Both the position numbers and the translations under genes were made by a program. Shown piece after piece: positions 8,095 to 16,625 of a stretch of DNA of 21,341 bases (within the stretch, counting starts at the first letter, position 1; each line of letters begins with the position of its first letter). This DNA comes from Candidatus Asgardarchaeum abyssi. Its GTDB lineage: Archaea > Asgardarchaeota > Asgardarchaeia > Asgardarchaeales > Asgardarchaeaceae. Under the pieces are notes generated by a model. That model made no database searches. It was not told the origin of the DNA and worked only from the letters and a program-made list of their open reading frames with translations. The DNA lies in NCBI GenBank assembly GCA_040225955.1, contig JBECUL010000039.1, positions 1-21,341 of the forward strand, read 5' to 3'.

Positions 8095-10029
8095 GTGTCT
8101 ATTGTGGACTCTAAGAAAATTATCTTACCAAACGGCAAAGTTGTAGAAGGAGATGTTGGAAAACGAATAATAGATGTTATCCCTGATGATATAAACCTCT
8201 TAGTGGCCAAGGTTAACGACAAATTGTTAGACCTAACTTCAGTTATCAAAGAAGATTTTGGAGAGATAAAGATCTTAGACTTTAGCAGTCCTGAGGGGCG
8301 AGAAACCTACTGGCATACCACTTCACACATAATGGCTCAAGCAGTTAAGGAATTATTCCCAGACTATATGCTAGGCATAGGACCTCCTATTGAGGAGGGG
8401 TTCTATTATGATTTTTATACTGGTGGCAAATCCTTCAGCAGTGAAGATATAGAAAGAATTGAAGAGAAAATGAAGGAAATCGTTGCAAGAAAGCTACCAC
8501 TCATTAGAAAAGAAATATCAAAAGAGGAAGCGAGAAGACTTTTTAAGGACAGAAATGAAGAATTTAAGCTACGTCTGTTGGATGAAATTGAGGATGAAAT
8601 TGTAAGCGTGTACTGGCAAGGAGACTTTGTTGATCTGTGTCGTGGACCACATCTTCCACATACTGGATATGTTAAGCATTTTAAGTTAACTTTGACTGCA
8701 TCGGCATACTGGCATGGATTAGAAAGTGAGCCAGTAATGCAAAGAATTTATGGTATATCATTTCCAGAAAAGTCAATGCTCGACGAATACCTAACGAGAC
8801 TTGAAGAAATTAAGAAGAGAGACCATAGACGCTTAGGTGTGCAATTAGATTTATTTAGCACTCACGAATTACTTGGAGCAGGGCTAGTTCTTTGGCATCC
8901 GAAAGGTGCTATTTTAAGAGAGTTAATTCAGAGGTACCTTGTTGACCTGCACTTAAGCAGAGGATATGAAATTGTTGTAACGCCACATATTGCCAAATCT
9001 GATTTATATAAGACCTCGGGGCATTTAGATTTTTACAGGGAAAACATGTATCTTTTTGATATAGAGGGTGTAAAATATGCACTAAAGCCAATGAACTGTC
9101 CAATGCATATACTAATTTACAAGAGAAAAGTTCATAGTTATAAAGATTTGCCAGTAAGGTATTTCGAATTAGGAACAGTATATCGGTATGAAAGATCTGG
9201 TGTACTAAAAGGGCTTCTAAGAGTCCGTGGATTTACCCAGGACGATGCTCACATATTCTGCCGTCCCGATCAGTTAGAAGACGAGATAATAGGCTTAATT
9301 GAGCTCATGATGGATATTTATAGAGACTTTGGTTTTGTGGAATTTGAGGCAGTTTTATCTACAAGAGACCCAGATAAACCAGAAGAATTTATGGGTACTG
9401 ACGAAATTTGGGAGCATGCTGAGTCTAAGCTAAAAGCAGCCCTCGAGAAGAAGGGAATTAAGTACAAAATTGCGGTTGGTGAAGCTGCATTCTATGGCCC
9501 AAAAATAGATGCTCACTTTAGAGATTCGCTTAATAGGTTATGGCAATGCGCAACTATACAAGTTGACTTTAATTTGCCTCAGAGATTCAAAGTAACTTAC
9601 ATAGACGTTAACAATGAAGAGAAGCTTGTTGTTATGCTTCATCGAGCATTACTAGGCTCGATAGAGCGTTTCGTTGGGTTATTAGTCGAACAATATGGTG
9701 GTGCCTTACCATTATGGGTAGCTCCAGTACAAGCGGTTATTATTCCAGTTAGCGATCCAGTATTGGGTTATGCAAAACAAGTTCATGATAGACTTAAGAA
9801 GGCAGGAATTCGAGTTGAACTTGATGATTCAAAGGAAACTGTTTCCTATAAGGTGAGATTACATATCACCAACAAAATACCATACATCTTAGTAGTTGGT
9901 AAGAGAGAAGAAAGTTCTGGAACAGTCGCTGTTAGAATCAGAGGAAAAGAAGGACAAAAAGTAATGAGCATTGACGAATTCATAAACTATGTAAAGGAGA
10001 AGGTTGAGAGTAAGTCCATAGAATATTAA
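8095..10029 (+). CDS. thrS: Threonine--tRNA ligase, bacterial-type architecture
   Basis: TGS-like N-terminus, HTTSH/GPPIEEGFYYD/DLCRGPH editing domain, RDHRRLG, KPMNCP, RVRGFTQDDAH, AFYGPKID, HRALLGSIERF. The start may be the GTG at 8104, after GAGGTG. Confidence 0.97.
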   Translation: MSIVDSKKIILPNGKVVEGDVGKRIIDVIPDDINLLVAKVNDKLLDLTSVIKEDFGEIKILDFSSPEGRETYWHTTSHIMAQAVKELFPDYMLGIGPPIEEGFYYDFYTGGKSFSSEDIERIEEKMKEIVARKLPLIRKEISKEEARRLFKDRNEEFKLRLLDEIEDEIVSVYWQGDFVDLCRGPHLPHTGYVKHFKLTLTASAYWHGLESEPVMQRIYGISFPEKSMLDEYLTRLEEIKKRDHRRLGVQLDLFSTHELLGAGLVLWHPKGAILRELIQRYLVDLHLSRGYEIVVTPHIAKSDLYKTSGHLDFYRENMYLFDIEGVKYALKPMNCPMHILIYKRKVHSYKDLPVRYFELGTVYRYERSGVLKGLLRVRGFTQDDAHIFCRPDQLEDEIIGLIELMMDIYRDFGFVEFEAVLSTRDPDKPEEFMGTDEIWEHAESKLKAALEKKGIKYKIAVGEAAFYGPKIDAHFRDSLNRLWQCATIQVDFNLPQRFKVTYIDVNNEEKLVVMLHRALLGSIERFVGLLVEQYGGALPLWVAPVQAVIIPVSDPVLGYAKQVHDRLKKAGIRVELDDSKETVSYKVRLHITNKIPYILVVGKREESSGTVAVRIRGKEGQKVMSIDEFINYVKEKVESKSIEY

Positions 10030-10160
10030 TTATTCCATTTTTCTTTTTAATTGAATTTAGAATTTTAAATTCTGTTAAATCGATATTTTTATTTTTACAT
10101 CCTATTGATTATAGGAAGATTTGTGATCATTCATTATTTTTCTCATGGAGACCTCAAAAT

Positions 10161-11378
10161 ATGAGAAGCTCGAATGCACAGCTCATAAAGTTGTTTAAAC
10201 GGCTACTAATTGCAAACTTTTTGCTAAGTGTGAGTTCATCAGCTTCGTGGCTTTATTTTTCAATATATATCTACGAAATATCCAAGGATATTTTGGCTGT
10301 AGCTTATATATGGATTCTATCAAGCATCTTATGGATGATAGTTGAAACAATTTGGGGTTATCTTGGTGATATAACAAAAAGAAGATGTTTACTCGCAATC
10401 ATAGCTACTTTCTTTTATACTTCTCTTTTGTTTTCATTCTTTATCGTCCGTGAGCCATACCTGTTAGTAATATTATACACCATCACAACTTCATTTTTAG
10501 GTGGGTATATTGTAAGCTCTAACTCTCTAGGAACTTTATTAAGAGAAGAAAAGCACGGAGAGGCTGTTGGCTTTATGTCAGGAATTTATGCGTTATCATC
10601 TTTCATAGGAAATATGATTGGCAGCTTTTCTAGCGTTATTGATCCTTCTTTAAAACTTTTATATAGCGTCGTAATAATAATCGGGTTCTTAACAATTCCT
10701 GTACTATTTCCGATTTCTAAAGCAGAGAAAACTATAACTTTTGAAGCTACGCCTAGAGAGACTATTAAAGGCGGCTACTTTAAACTGCTTAAGGATAAGA
10801 GAATTCTACTTGTCGTTATATCAACAATCGTATTTAATATCTCAACGGCATTCGCTTGGTCATATTTTGGAGTTTACTATGTGAGCTCACTTAAAGGAAG
10901 CTATTTCCTTTATGGGCTATCAAACTCTGCAGTTTCCTTTATTGCTGCGATTCTATCTCCAGTATTAGGTAAATTTGCAGAAAGAGGAATTTTAGGACTT
11001 CTTGCAGTCTTTTTATACTCTTTCATAGCTTTATATTTATATAACCTTGGCATCATATATATTCAAGACCCGATACTTATTCTCTTCTTCGTATCAATAC
11101 CATTTTATGTTGGATTTAGCATCGCGCAATATATCGTTATCTCGAATCTTACCAGTGATGAAAATAGAAGTCGTGTTATTTCAATATTTCACACATCAGA
11201 GTTTATAGGCTCACTAGTGGGGTCTCTAGCTCTATTGTACCTCACATATCAATTACGTGCACTACCATTAAGAGAACTTGTTGTGACTGTGATATTATAC
11301 TCGATCTACTTTTCAATACCAGCTCTGATCATCATGTTAGCTCTTATATATTTCTTAGTTGCTACTAAAAGGAAATAG
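10161..11378 (+). CDS. MFS transporter
   Basis: 405 aa with about 12 hydrophobic segments; motif-A-like WGYLGDITKRR and GKFAERG. Confidence 0.85.
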   Translation: MRSSNAQLIKLFKRLLIANFLLSVSSSASWLYFSIYIYEISKDILAVAYIWILSSILWMIVETIWGYLGDITKRRCLLAIIATFFYTSLLFSFFIVREPYLLVILYTITTSFLGGYIVSSNSLGTLLREEKHGEAVGFMSGIYALSSFIGNMIGSFSSVIDPSLKLLYSVVIIIGFLTIPVLFPISKAEKTITFEATPRETIKGGYFKLLKDKRILLVVISTIVFNISTAFAWSYFGVYYVSSLKGSYFLYGLSNSAVSFIAAILSPVLGKFAERGILGLLAVFLYSFIALYLYNLGIIYIQDPILILFFVSIPFYVGFSIAQYIVISNLTSDENRSRVISIFHTSEFIGSLVGSLALLYLTYQLRALPLRELVVTVILYSIYFSIPALIIMLALIYFLVATKRK

Positions 11379-11380
11379 AG

Positions 11381-12832
11381 TTAAAGGTTTACCTTAGCAA
11401 AATAGCTAATGTAGTATTTTGGCTCCAATTTTGACCAAGATAGATCAATATCGGCCCTTTGGCTTGCTAGTTCTTTAATGAATTCGCCAGCTTCTTTATT
11501 TTGCCACCAATCAGTACCATACTCATTCACTAACTTATTGACTAATTCACCAACTCTAACTGCCGCAATTAAGTAACTTGGAGAATATAAATCATATTCG
11601 GACATTACGTGATGTAGCTGCCAGTATCTTCCTGGTATTCTAATTCCCATATACTTTTCTGTCAACGCTTCATACTCATTATTTGCCTCATCGAGTGTGT
11701 AATTATATTTCCAGAATTTGAGCTTCATTGTTGAATTTGCCACATAGAATGTCAAGAAGAAGAGGTTCATAAAATGCCTTCTGTTTATAACATTTTGTAC
11801 GATTTTATTGTCAAGCTTAAATGTCTGTTTAACAAACTCTGGAGTATCCATTAGTGTTTCTATTAGTATTGAGAAAGTCTCTGCAACTCCCATACTTACT
11901 AGATATCTCTTCCAATAAGGATCTGTTGGGATTGCAGATGCACCATGAATGCCATGTCCAAATTCGTGGAAAACGCTTGTTATATCCGTAAATGGAGAAA
12001 CGGGCTTAAATAGAATTCTTACATCATTGGGTATTTGAATTCCCCAACACATTGCTGAAGGGTGTTTCCTAGGTCTATCTTCTCCATCAACTTTAATTTT
12101 CGTCAAATCAAAACCAAGGCCAGTCAAAACTTTTGAGACAACCTTTATTGGGTCTATTCCTTCGAAATATTTATTTATCGGCCTATATATCTTTCCTCTG
12201 AATAAATAGAGGTCATCATAATATTCTGCTGGCTTCTTAAGAATCTCCATAGAGTAATACTCTAATGCTTTTTGGAAATCTGACTTAGCGAAGCTACCCA
12301 ACTTATCAACAAGGGATATTAGGCTTTCGTAACTCAAACCTTCAAACTCTAAGTACGCATCAAGCGGATTTGTTCCATATCTTGCCATGATTTCTTTAGA
12401 AGTGTTGAATAGTTTTTCCTCTAAAGGTGAAATGAGAGGCACTTTTGAAATGAAAGTGTCAAAAACATGTTTCCGGGCTTTATGGTCCTCTGTTCTGGCA
12501 TTAAACTGTCGCCAAGTATTCCAATTTACCGGTTTCCCATCAATCAAATATTTCTCATCGACTATCTTTTTCCCTTTTTCCTCATAAAGCTTTAAGTCTA
12601 TATCGAGTCGTTCATGCTCTACAACAGTGTATACCATAGCCAAATATAGTCTTCTGGGCTCATTAAATCTCTTTAATATCTCAATACTAATTTTATACTT
12701 TTCCTCAGAAAGTTTCTTAAGTGTGTCTTTACTAAAATCTAAACCAGCATACATCTTGTAGTATTCATCATTAAATCTGACTCTGACATTCTCAAGCTGC
12801 TCACAAAGTTTTATTAGAAGCTCCTGACTCAT
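11381..12832 (-). CDS. Gluzincin zinc metallopeptidase (M3/M2-like)
   Basis: FHEFGHGIH (HEXXH), downstream GVAETFS glutamate ligand, RPRKHPSA and late HH...Y...SY motifs. ATG at 12832 follows GGTGA; the ORF extends to 12874. Confidence 0.75.
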   Translation of the reverse strand: MSQELLIKLCEQLENVRVRFNDEYYKMYAGLDFSKDTLKKLSEEKYKISIEILKRFNEPRRLYLAMVYTVVEHERLDIDLKLYEEKGKKIVDEKYLIDGKPVNWNTWRQFNARTEDHKARKHVFDTFISKVPLISPLEEKLFNTSKEIMARYGTNPLDAYLEFEGLSYESLISLVDKLGSFAKSDFQKALEYYSMEILKKPAEYYDDLYLFRGKIYRPINKYFEGIDPIKVVSKVLTGLGFDLTKIKVDGEDRPRKHPSAMCWGIQIPNDVRILFKPVSPFTDITSVFHEFGHGIHGASAIPTDPYWKRYLVSMGVAETFSILIETLMDTPEFVKQTFKLDNKIVQNVINRRHFMNLFFLTFYVANSTMKLKFWKYNYTLDEANNEYEALTEKYMGIRIPGRYWQLHHVMSEYDLYSPSYLIAAVRVGELVNKLVNEYGTDWWQNKEAGEFIKELASQRADIDLSWSKLEPKYYISYFAKVNL

Positions 12833-12913
12833 AACATTCACCACAATTTTGAAACTAAACATATATGCATTCAATATTAAAAATTATAACATTTTCGAAT
12901 GTTCTTATGTGAA

Positions 12914-14332
12914 CTATATCTGTCTATATTTTGTTTTTGAGGCAATCAGATTTATTTCACGTTCAGAAAGTAGAAAAATGTTTTTGAAGCCCTTAGACTT
13001 TTGCACAAGTTCTTTTGAGAAGCCAAAGTATGATATAAGTATCCCTATATCCACAGTCCCCTCGACTTTTTCTGCAATAGCTATATTTTTTAGGAGTTGA
13101 TTTAGCTTTTCATCTGGGCATTTGTTTCCAAAATAAATCTCTAAAACAATTTTTTGAGTTTTTGTTATAACAATAGCATCTATTTCTCCTAGGGCTCCCG
13201 AATACTGATAAACCTTTGAAACTTTGTCTATTGTCAACGGCTTTCCAGTGAAATCTTTAAGTTCTATCGTCTTGTCTATTGTCATAAATAATTCTCTGAT
13301 TAATGCCTCAAATGATAAAGTGGAAACTTGCAACCTCTTCATTGAAATCTTTTTTAAACCAGGGAATTCTAATAGAGCTAACCAAGCCTCGAATGTCTTA
13401 TCTGTAATTATGTATCTGCTATCTTTTTTACTGAGAATTACTTTTTCTACGAGACCACGATCGAGAAGCGAAGTTAGGGTTTCATTAAGATTTATCCCAG
13501 TTGTCAATCGGCTGATTTCGGAATACCTATTGTTACCTCTTGAGATTATGGTTAGAACCTCAAACTCAGATGGTGATAATTCCTTCCTTAACCCAGAGAA
13601 CAAAGCTGCAAAGTAGCCTTCTCTCAGCTCCCGCTCGAAATATTCTAACAGAATATCCACACTATTCACAACTCTTGGAAATTTGTAAATTATGGCCTTT
13701 ATATAATCAGGGTTTCCTCCAGATATCTCTGCAATCTTAAGAGCTACATCATCAGATATTGATATGCCTAAACTTTCAGCTATTTGATATGCTAATTTAA
13801 CAGCATCATGTAATTTCAATGGATGAAGAGTTAGTATAACATCAAATGCTCTTGCAAGCGGTTTAGTATAACGTCCAGTAATTTCACTAAGAGTCTTAAG
13901 GGATGTCGCTGATATAATTACAGGAATTTCGTATTTCTGCAATAGACTCCTAAAGTGCATTGCCACAGCATCTGATCCACCAGAACCACGATAAGGCATC
14001 ATCAATCCAAATCTTGCTATTAAATCTATGAATTCATCAAGGAAAAGAGGTTTCTTCAGCTCATAAGCCACCTTAAACATTTCTTCTAGACAAGCATGTG
14101 GATTCTCACAATTTATTGTTCTACCAGTTAATTCTTTTATCACCATCGCAAGATGTTTTGGCCTTAAAATGTTTTGAAAATCAATATAAATCCCCTTAAA
14201 CTCATCACACAATCTTTTCATGATTGTTGTTTTCCCTATACCTCTAAGCCCCTTTATGACAGCCTTTCCATTAGTTAAACATACCCTTCTAAGCACTTCT
14301 AACTCATTTTCTCTATTGACGAAAAAAGTCAT
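12914..14332 (-). CDS. Archaeal AAA-type ATPase with wHTH and C-terminal PD-(D/E)XK-like domain
   Basis: FVNRENEL start, Walker A GLRGIGKT, Walker B LFLDEF, SGGNP, wHTH (LSPSEFEVL...LLDRGLVEK), C-terminal GEIDAIV...LEI. Confidence 0.82.
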   Translation of the reverse strand: MTFFVNRENELEVLRRVCLTNGKAVIKGLRGIGKTTIMKRLCDEFKGIYIDFQNILRPKHLAMVIKELTGRTINCENPHACLEEMFKVAYELKKPLFLDEFIDLIARFGLMMPYRGSGGSDAVAMHFRSLLQKYEIPVIISATSLKTLSEITGRYTKPLARAFDVILTLHPLKLHDAVKLAYQIAESLGISISDDVALKIAEISGGNPDYIKAIIYKFPRVVNSVDILLEYFERELREGYFAALFSGLRKELSPSEFEVLTIISRGNNRYSEISRLTTGINLNETLTSLLDRGLVEKVILSKKDSRYIITDKTFEAWLALLEFPGLKKISMKRLQVSTLSFEALIRELFMTIDKTIELKDFTGKPLTIDKVSKVYQYSGALGEIDAIVITKTQKIVLEIYFGNKCPDEKLNQLLKNIAIAEKVEGTVDIGILISYFGFSKELVQKSKGFKNIFLLSEREINLIASKTKYRQI

Positions 14333-14383
14333 AGGTAACACCTTTTACCGTAATAATTATTACCGTAAAAAATTATACCTTAA
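14330..14383. promoter_or_regulatory. Tandem palindromic operator-like repeats TTAC-C-GTAA upstream of the ATPase gene
   Basis: TTACCGTAA at 14345-14353 and 14360-14368 (15-bp period), with degenerate copies on each side. Confidence 0.5.
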
Positions 14384-14411
14384 GTATTAAAAATCTTTCT
14401 CTAAAAATGAC

Positions 14412-14464
14412 CTTTGGGCAGAATACTCATGGCTCTTCCTTTTCTAAAACCATCTAAGAATATA
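14412..14464. repeat. Imperfect ~52-bp direct repeat, copy 1 (copy 2 at 15202-15253)
   Basis: Shared blocks CTTTGG(G)CAG, TCTTCCTTTT and CTAAGAATATA in the same order and similar spacing. Confidence 0.55.
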
Positions 14465-14499
14465 TTTATCTACCTAATTTTTACTAAAGTAAACATTAA

Positions 14500-14720
14500 A
14501 TATGTCAGCAGTTCTCTTCGGTTAATGTCTGAGTACTTTTCCTTTATTGTTTGGTATATTTTTTACTGCTTCTCCAATAACCTTTAAATTCTTTAGTATC
14601 CATCGTTTTTCGTCATAAAAGAAGCCATTAAAAGTCATATTTTCGTATATCTCCTTATTTTATCGATAGCAATTAATATATCGTTAAGAAAAAAAACATT
14701 ACATTCCTCTTTTTAGACAT
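14500..14720 (-). pseudogene. HepT-like (DUF86 HEPN) toxin, frameshifted and truncated
   Basis: Minus-strand fragments across frames: MSKKRNVMFF, LNDILIAIDKIRRYT, NMTFNGFFYDEK, LKNLKVIGEAVKNIP, KEKYSDIN. It overlaps the MNT stop codon, and no Rx4H motif is left. Confidence 0.75.
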
Positions 14721-15024
14721 ATATGAGCTCACTCAGTACCTTGTCTCTTATTAGAGGCTTTAGTGCATTATGCGTAACCAAATCGACTTTTCGTCCTAAT
14801 TTTTCACTTAGGTACCACTCAAGCTCTATAAATTTAAAGAGCCCTATTGGCTTTTCAAATTCTACTAATATATCTATATCGCTCTCAAAGGTTTGCTCGT
14901 TCCTAGCAAACGAACCAAAGACACCGATTCTCTTCACTTTGTACTTTTTCCTTAGGTAAGGCAGTTCCTTACGCAATATTTCTAAGACTTTCTCTTTTGT
15001 AATTATTGTTATTTTTATCACCAT
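14713..15024 (-). CDS. Minimal nucleotidyltransferase (MntA-like antitoxin)
   Basis: IGVFGSFARNEQTFESDIDILVEF...LGRKVDLVT. The start is uncertain; the ORF extends to 15135. Confidence 0.88.
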   Translation of the reverse strand: MVIKITIITKEKVLEILRKELPYLRKKYKVKRIGVFGSFARNEQTFESDIDILVEFEKPIGLFKFIELEWYLSEKLGRKVDLVTHNALKPLIRDKVLSELIYV

Positions 15025-15201
15025 ATGTAATTTTTCCTTACAGTATATTTCTTGTTTTCTTGTAATTATATTTATTCCTATATAATATGAATGCACTTTT
15101 GAATGTCTCTTATATTCTCGCGTGGAGAAAAGCAAAAGGAGAAGAATGTAAAGACGAATTAAGATACACGATGTGTAATATACTTAAGTTAAACAATTGT
15201 T

Positions 15202-15253
15202 CTTTGGCAGGATATCCACATGATTCTTCCTTTTGAGAATACCTAAGAATATA
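15202..15253. repeat. Imperfect ~52-bp direct repeat, copy 2
   Basis: Aligns with 14412-14464; the two copies bracket the MNT/HepT module. Confidence 0.55.
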
Positions 15254-15336
15254 GTAAATGAAAAGGAAGGCATTTCAAGTCGAAAATAAATAAAAAAGAT
15301 AAGTAAAGGAAAATTACAATTTTTCAATTAGCTCTT

Positions 15337-16467
15337 TTATTCTGGAAATAAGTCCGATAATGTTATTCTTTCAGACGGTTTCTTATTCAGCATTGCCTTA
15401 ATTAGTTCCCAGACCTCTTTGTCTATTCCCTCTGGCTTCTTTGGCTCACCATAAAGAACATTCTTAATAACTTCACCAAGTTCCTTCCCAAATGGTAACT
15501 CCCCAGTTATCATTTCGTAGAACATTGCACCAAGCTGCCACACATCAGTCCAAAATGATATCGAACCAAAACTTTTGTCGAATTGCTCTGGAGCCGAGTA
15601 AAATATAGTACCAGTATACCCAGATGCTGTTAACATCGTCTGTACACTGGCTAATCCTCAGTCACTCAATTTGTATACTTCACCCTTAAAGAGCACATTC
15701 TCAGGCTTTATATCTCTGTGCACAAGAGCAAACTCCTTATGGGCATATTCCAATGCCACTGCAACATTTAAAACTATTTTTAGAGCCTCTTTTACTGGCA
15801 GAGGCCCTTCTTTCAGCTTATCTCTTAGTGTTCCGTCCATTAATTCCATTGCAATGAATGGTACCGGCTCTATTCCGTAATCTAACAATTTAACAATGTT
15901 TGGATGGTCTAAAGGTTTCCAGAATGATATTTCTCTCATGAAAACTTTCTTTGTGTCTTTATCAGTTATATTCATGATTTTCAAAGCAATAATGTTCCCC
16001 TCTTCATCTCTTGCTCTGAAAACGGTTGAGAACCCTCCAGCTCCAATAAGATCAAGAGTCACATATCCTGGAATCACTGCTTTAACAGTTTCGGCAACAG
16101 GTGTAGGCAAAGCTGGAGCCACGACTTCTTTGAATACAACTAAATCTTCCTTTATCTCAATCCTGATAAGACCTTTTCTCTCAACAGCTTCAAGGTATCT
16201 TCTAATCGCATCCTCGCTCAAACCAAAGATTTTCGCAACCTCATCAACCAAGATAACTCCGTACTTGCTTACAATCTTCTCAACCTCTCTCAGAATCCTA
16301 CTGAACTTTACCCTTCTATAAGCCATAACACTCGTCACTACAGCCGCAATAGAAATAACCTCCGCAAACCAGTAGTAGTGGACAATCTCCATAAATCCGT
16401 AACTCCTAGGATTATAACCAAACTGCACCTCCCAGCCATCAGGGTTATCATAGGATAAGTATCTTGA
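15337..16467 (-). pseudogene. Membrane-anchored Hanks-type Ser/Thr protein kinase, 5'-truncated and with an in-frame TGA
   Basis: GAGGFSTV, ALK, HPNIVKL, VHRDIKPENVL, KLSD*GLA, GTIFYSAPEQF, DVWQLG. The two listed ORFs are in the same frame, separated only by TGA at 15658-15660. Confidence 0.85.
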
Positions 16468-16625
16468 TTATGCATTGTTTTGATTTAAGAGATCTAGTTG
16501 TTTCTCTTTATGTTGTCAAATTTGATAGATAGGTAGTTTACTGTGGGATAGATTTGTCAAAGTAATTTATTTGGTATATAGATCAGAGGAAATGATGGAA
16601 AGGATAGCATTTTACTTTTATTATC

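Noticed and set aside
12849-13100. 83-aa plus-strand ORF
   Set aside because: Overlaps the ATPase 3' end antisense, has a TTG start and shows no protein-like features.
15658-15660. Selenocysteine at the kinase TGA
   Set aside because: The position corresponds to an aromatic residue (F/W), not Cys, and no SECIS-like hairpin was recognised.
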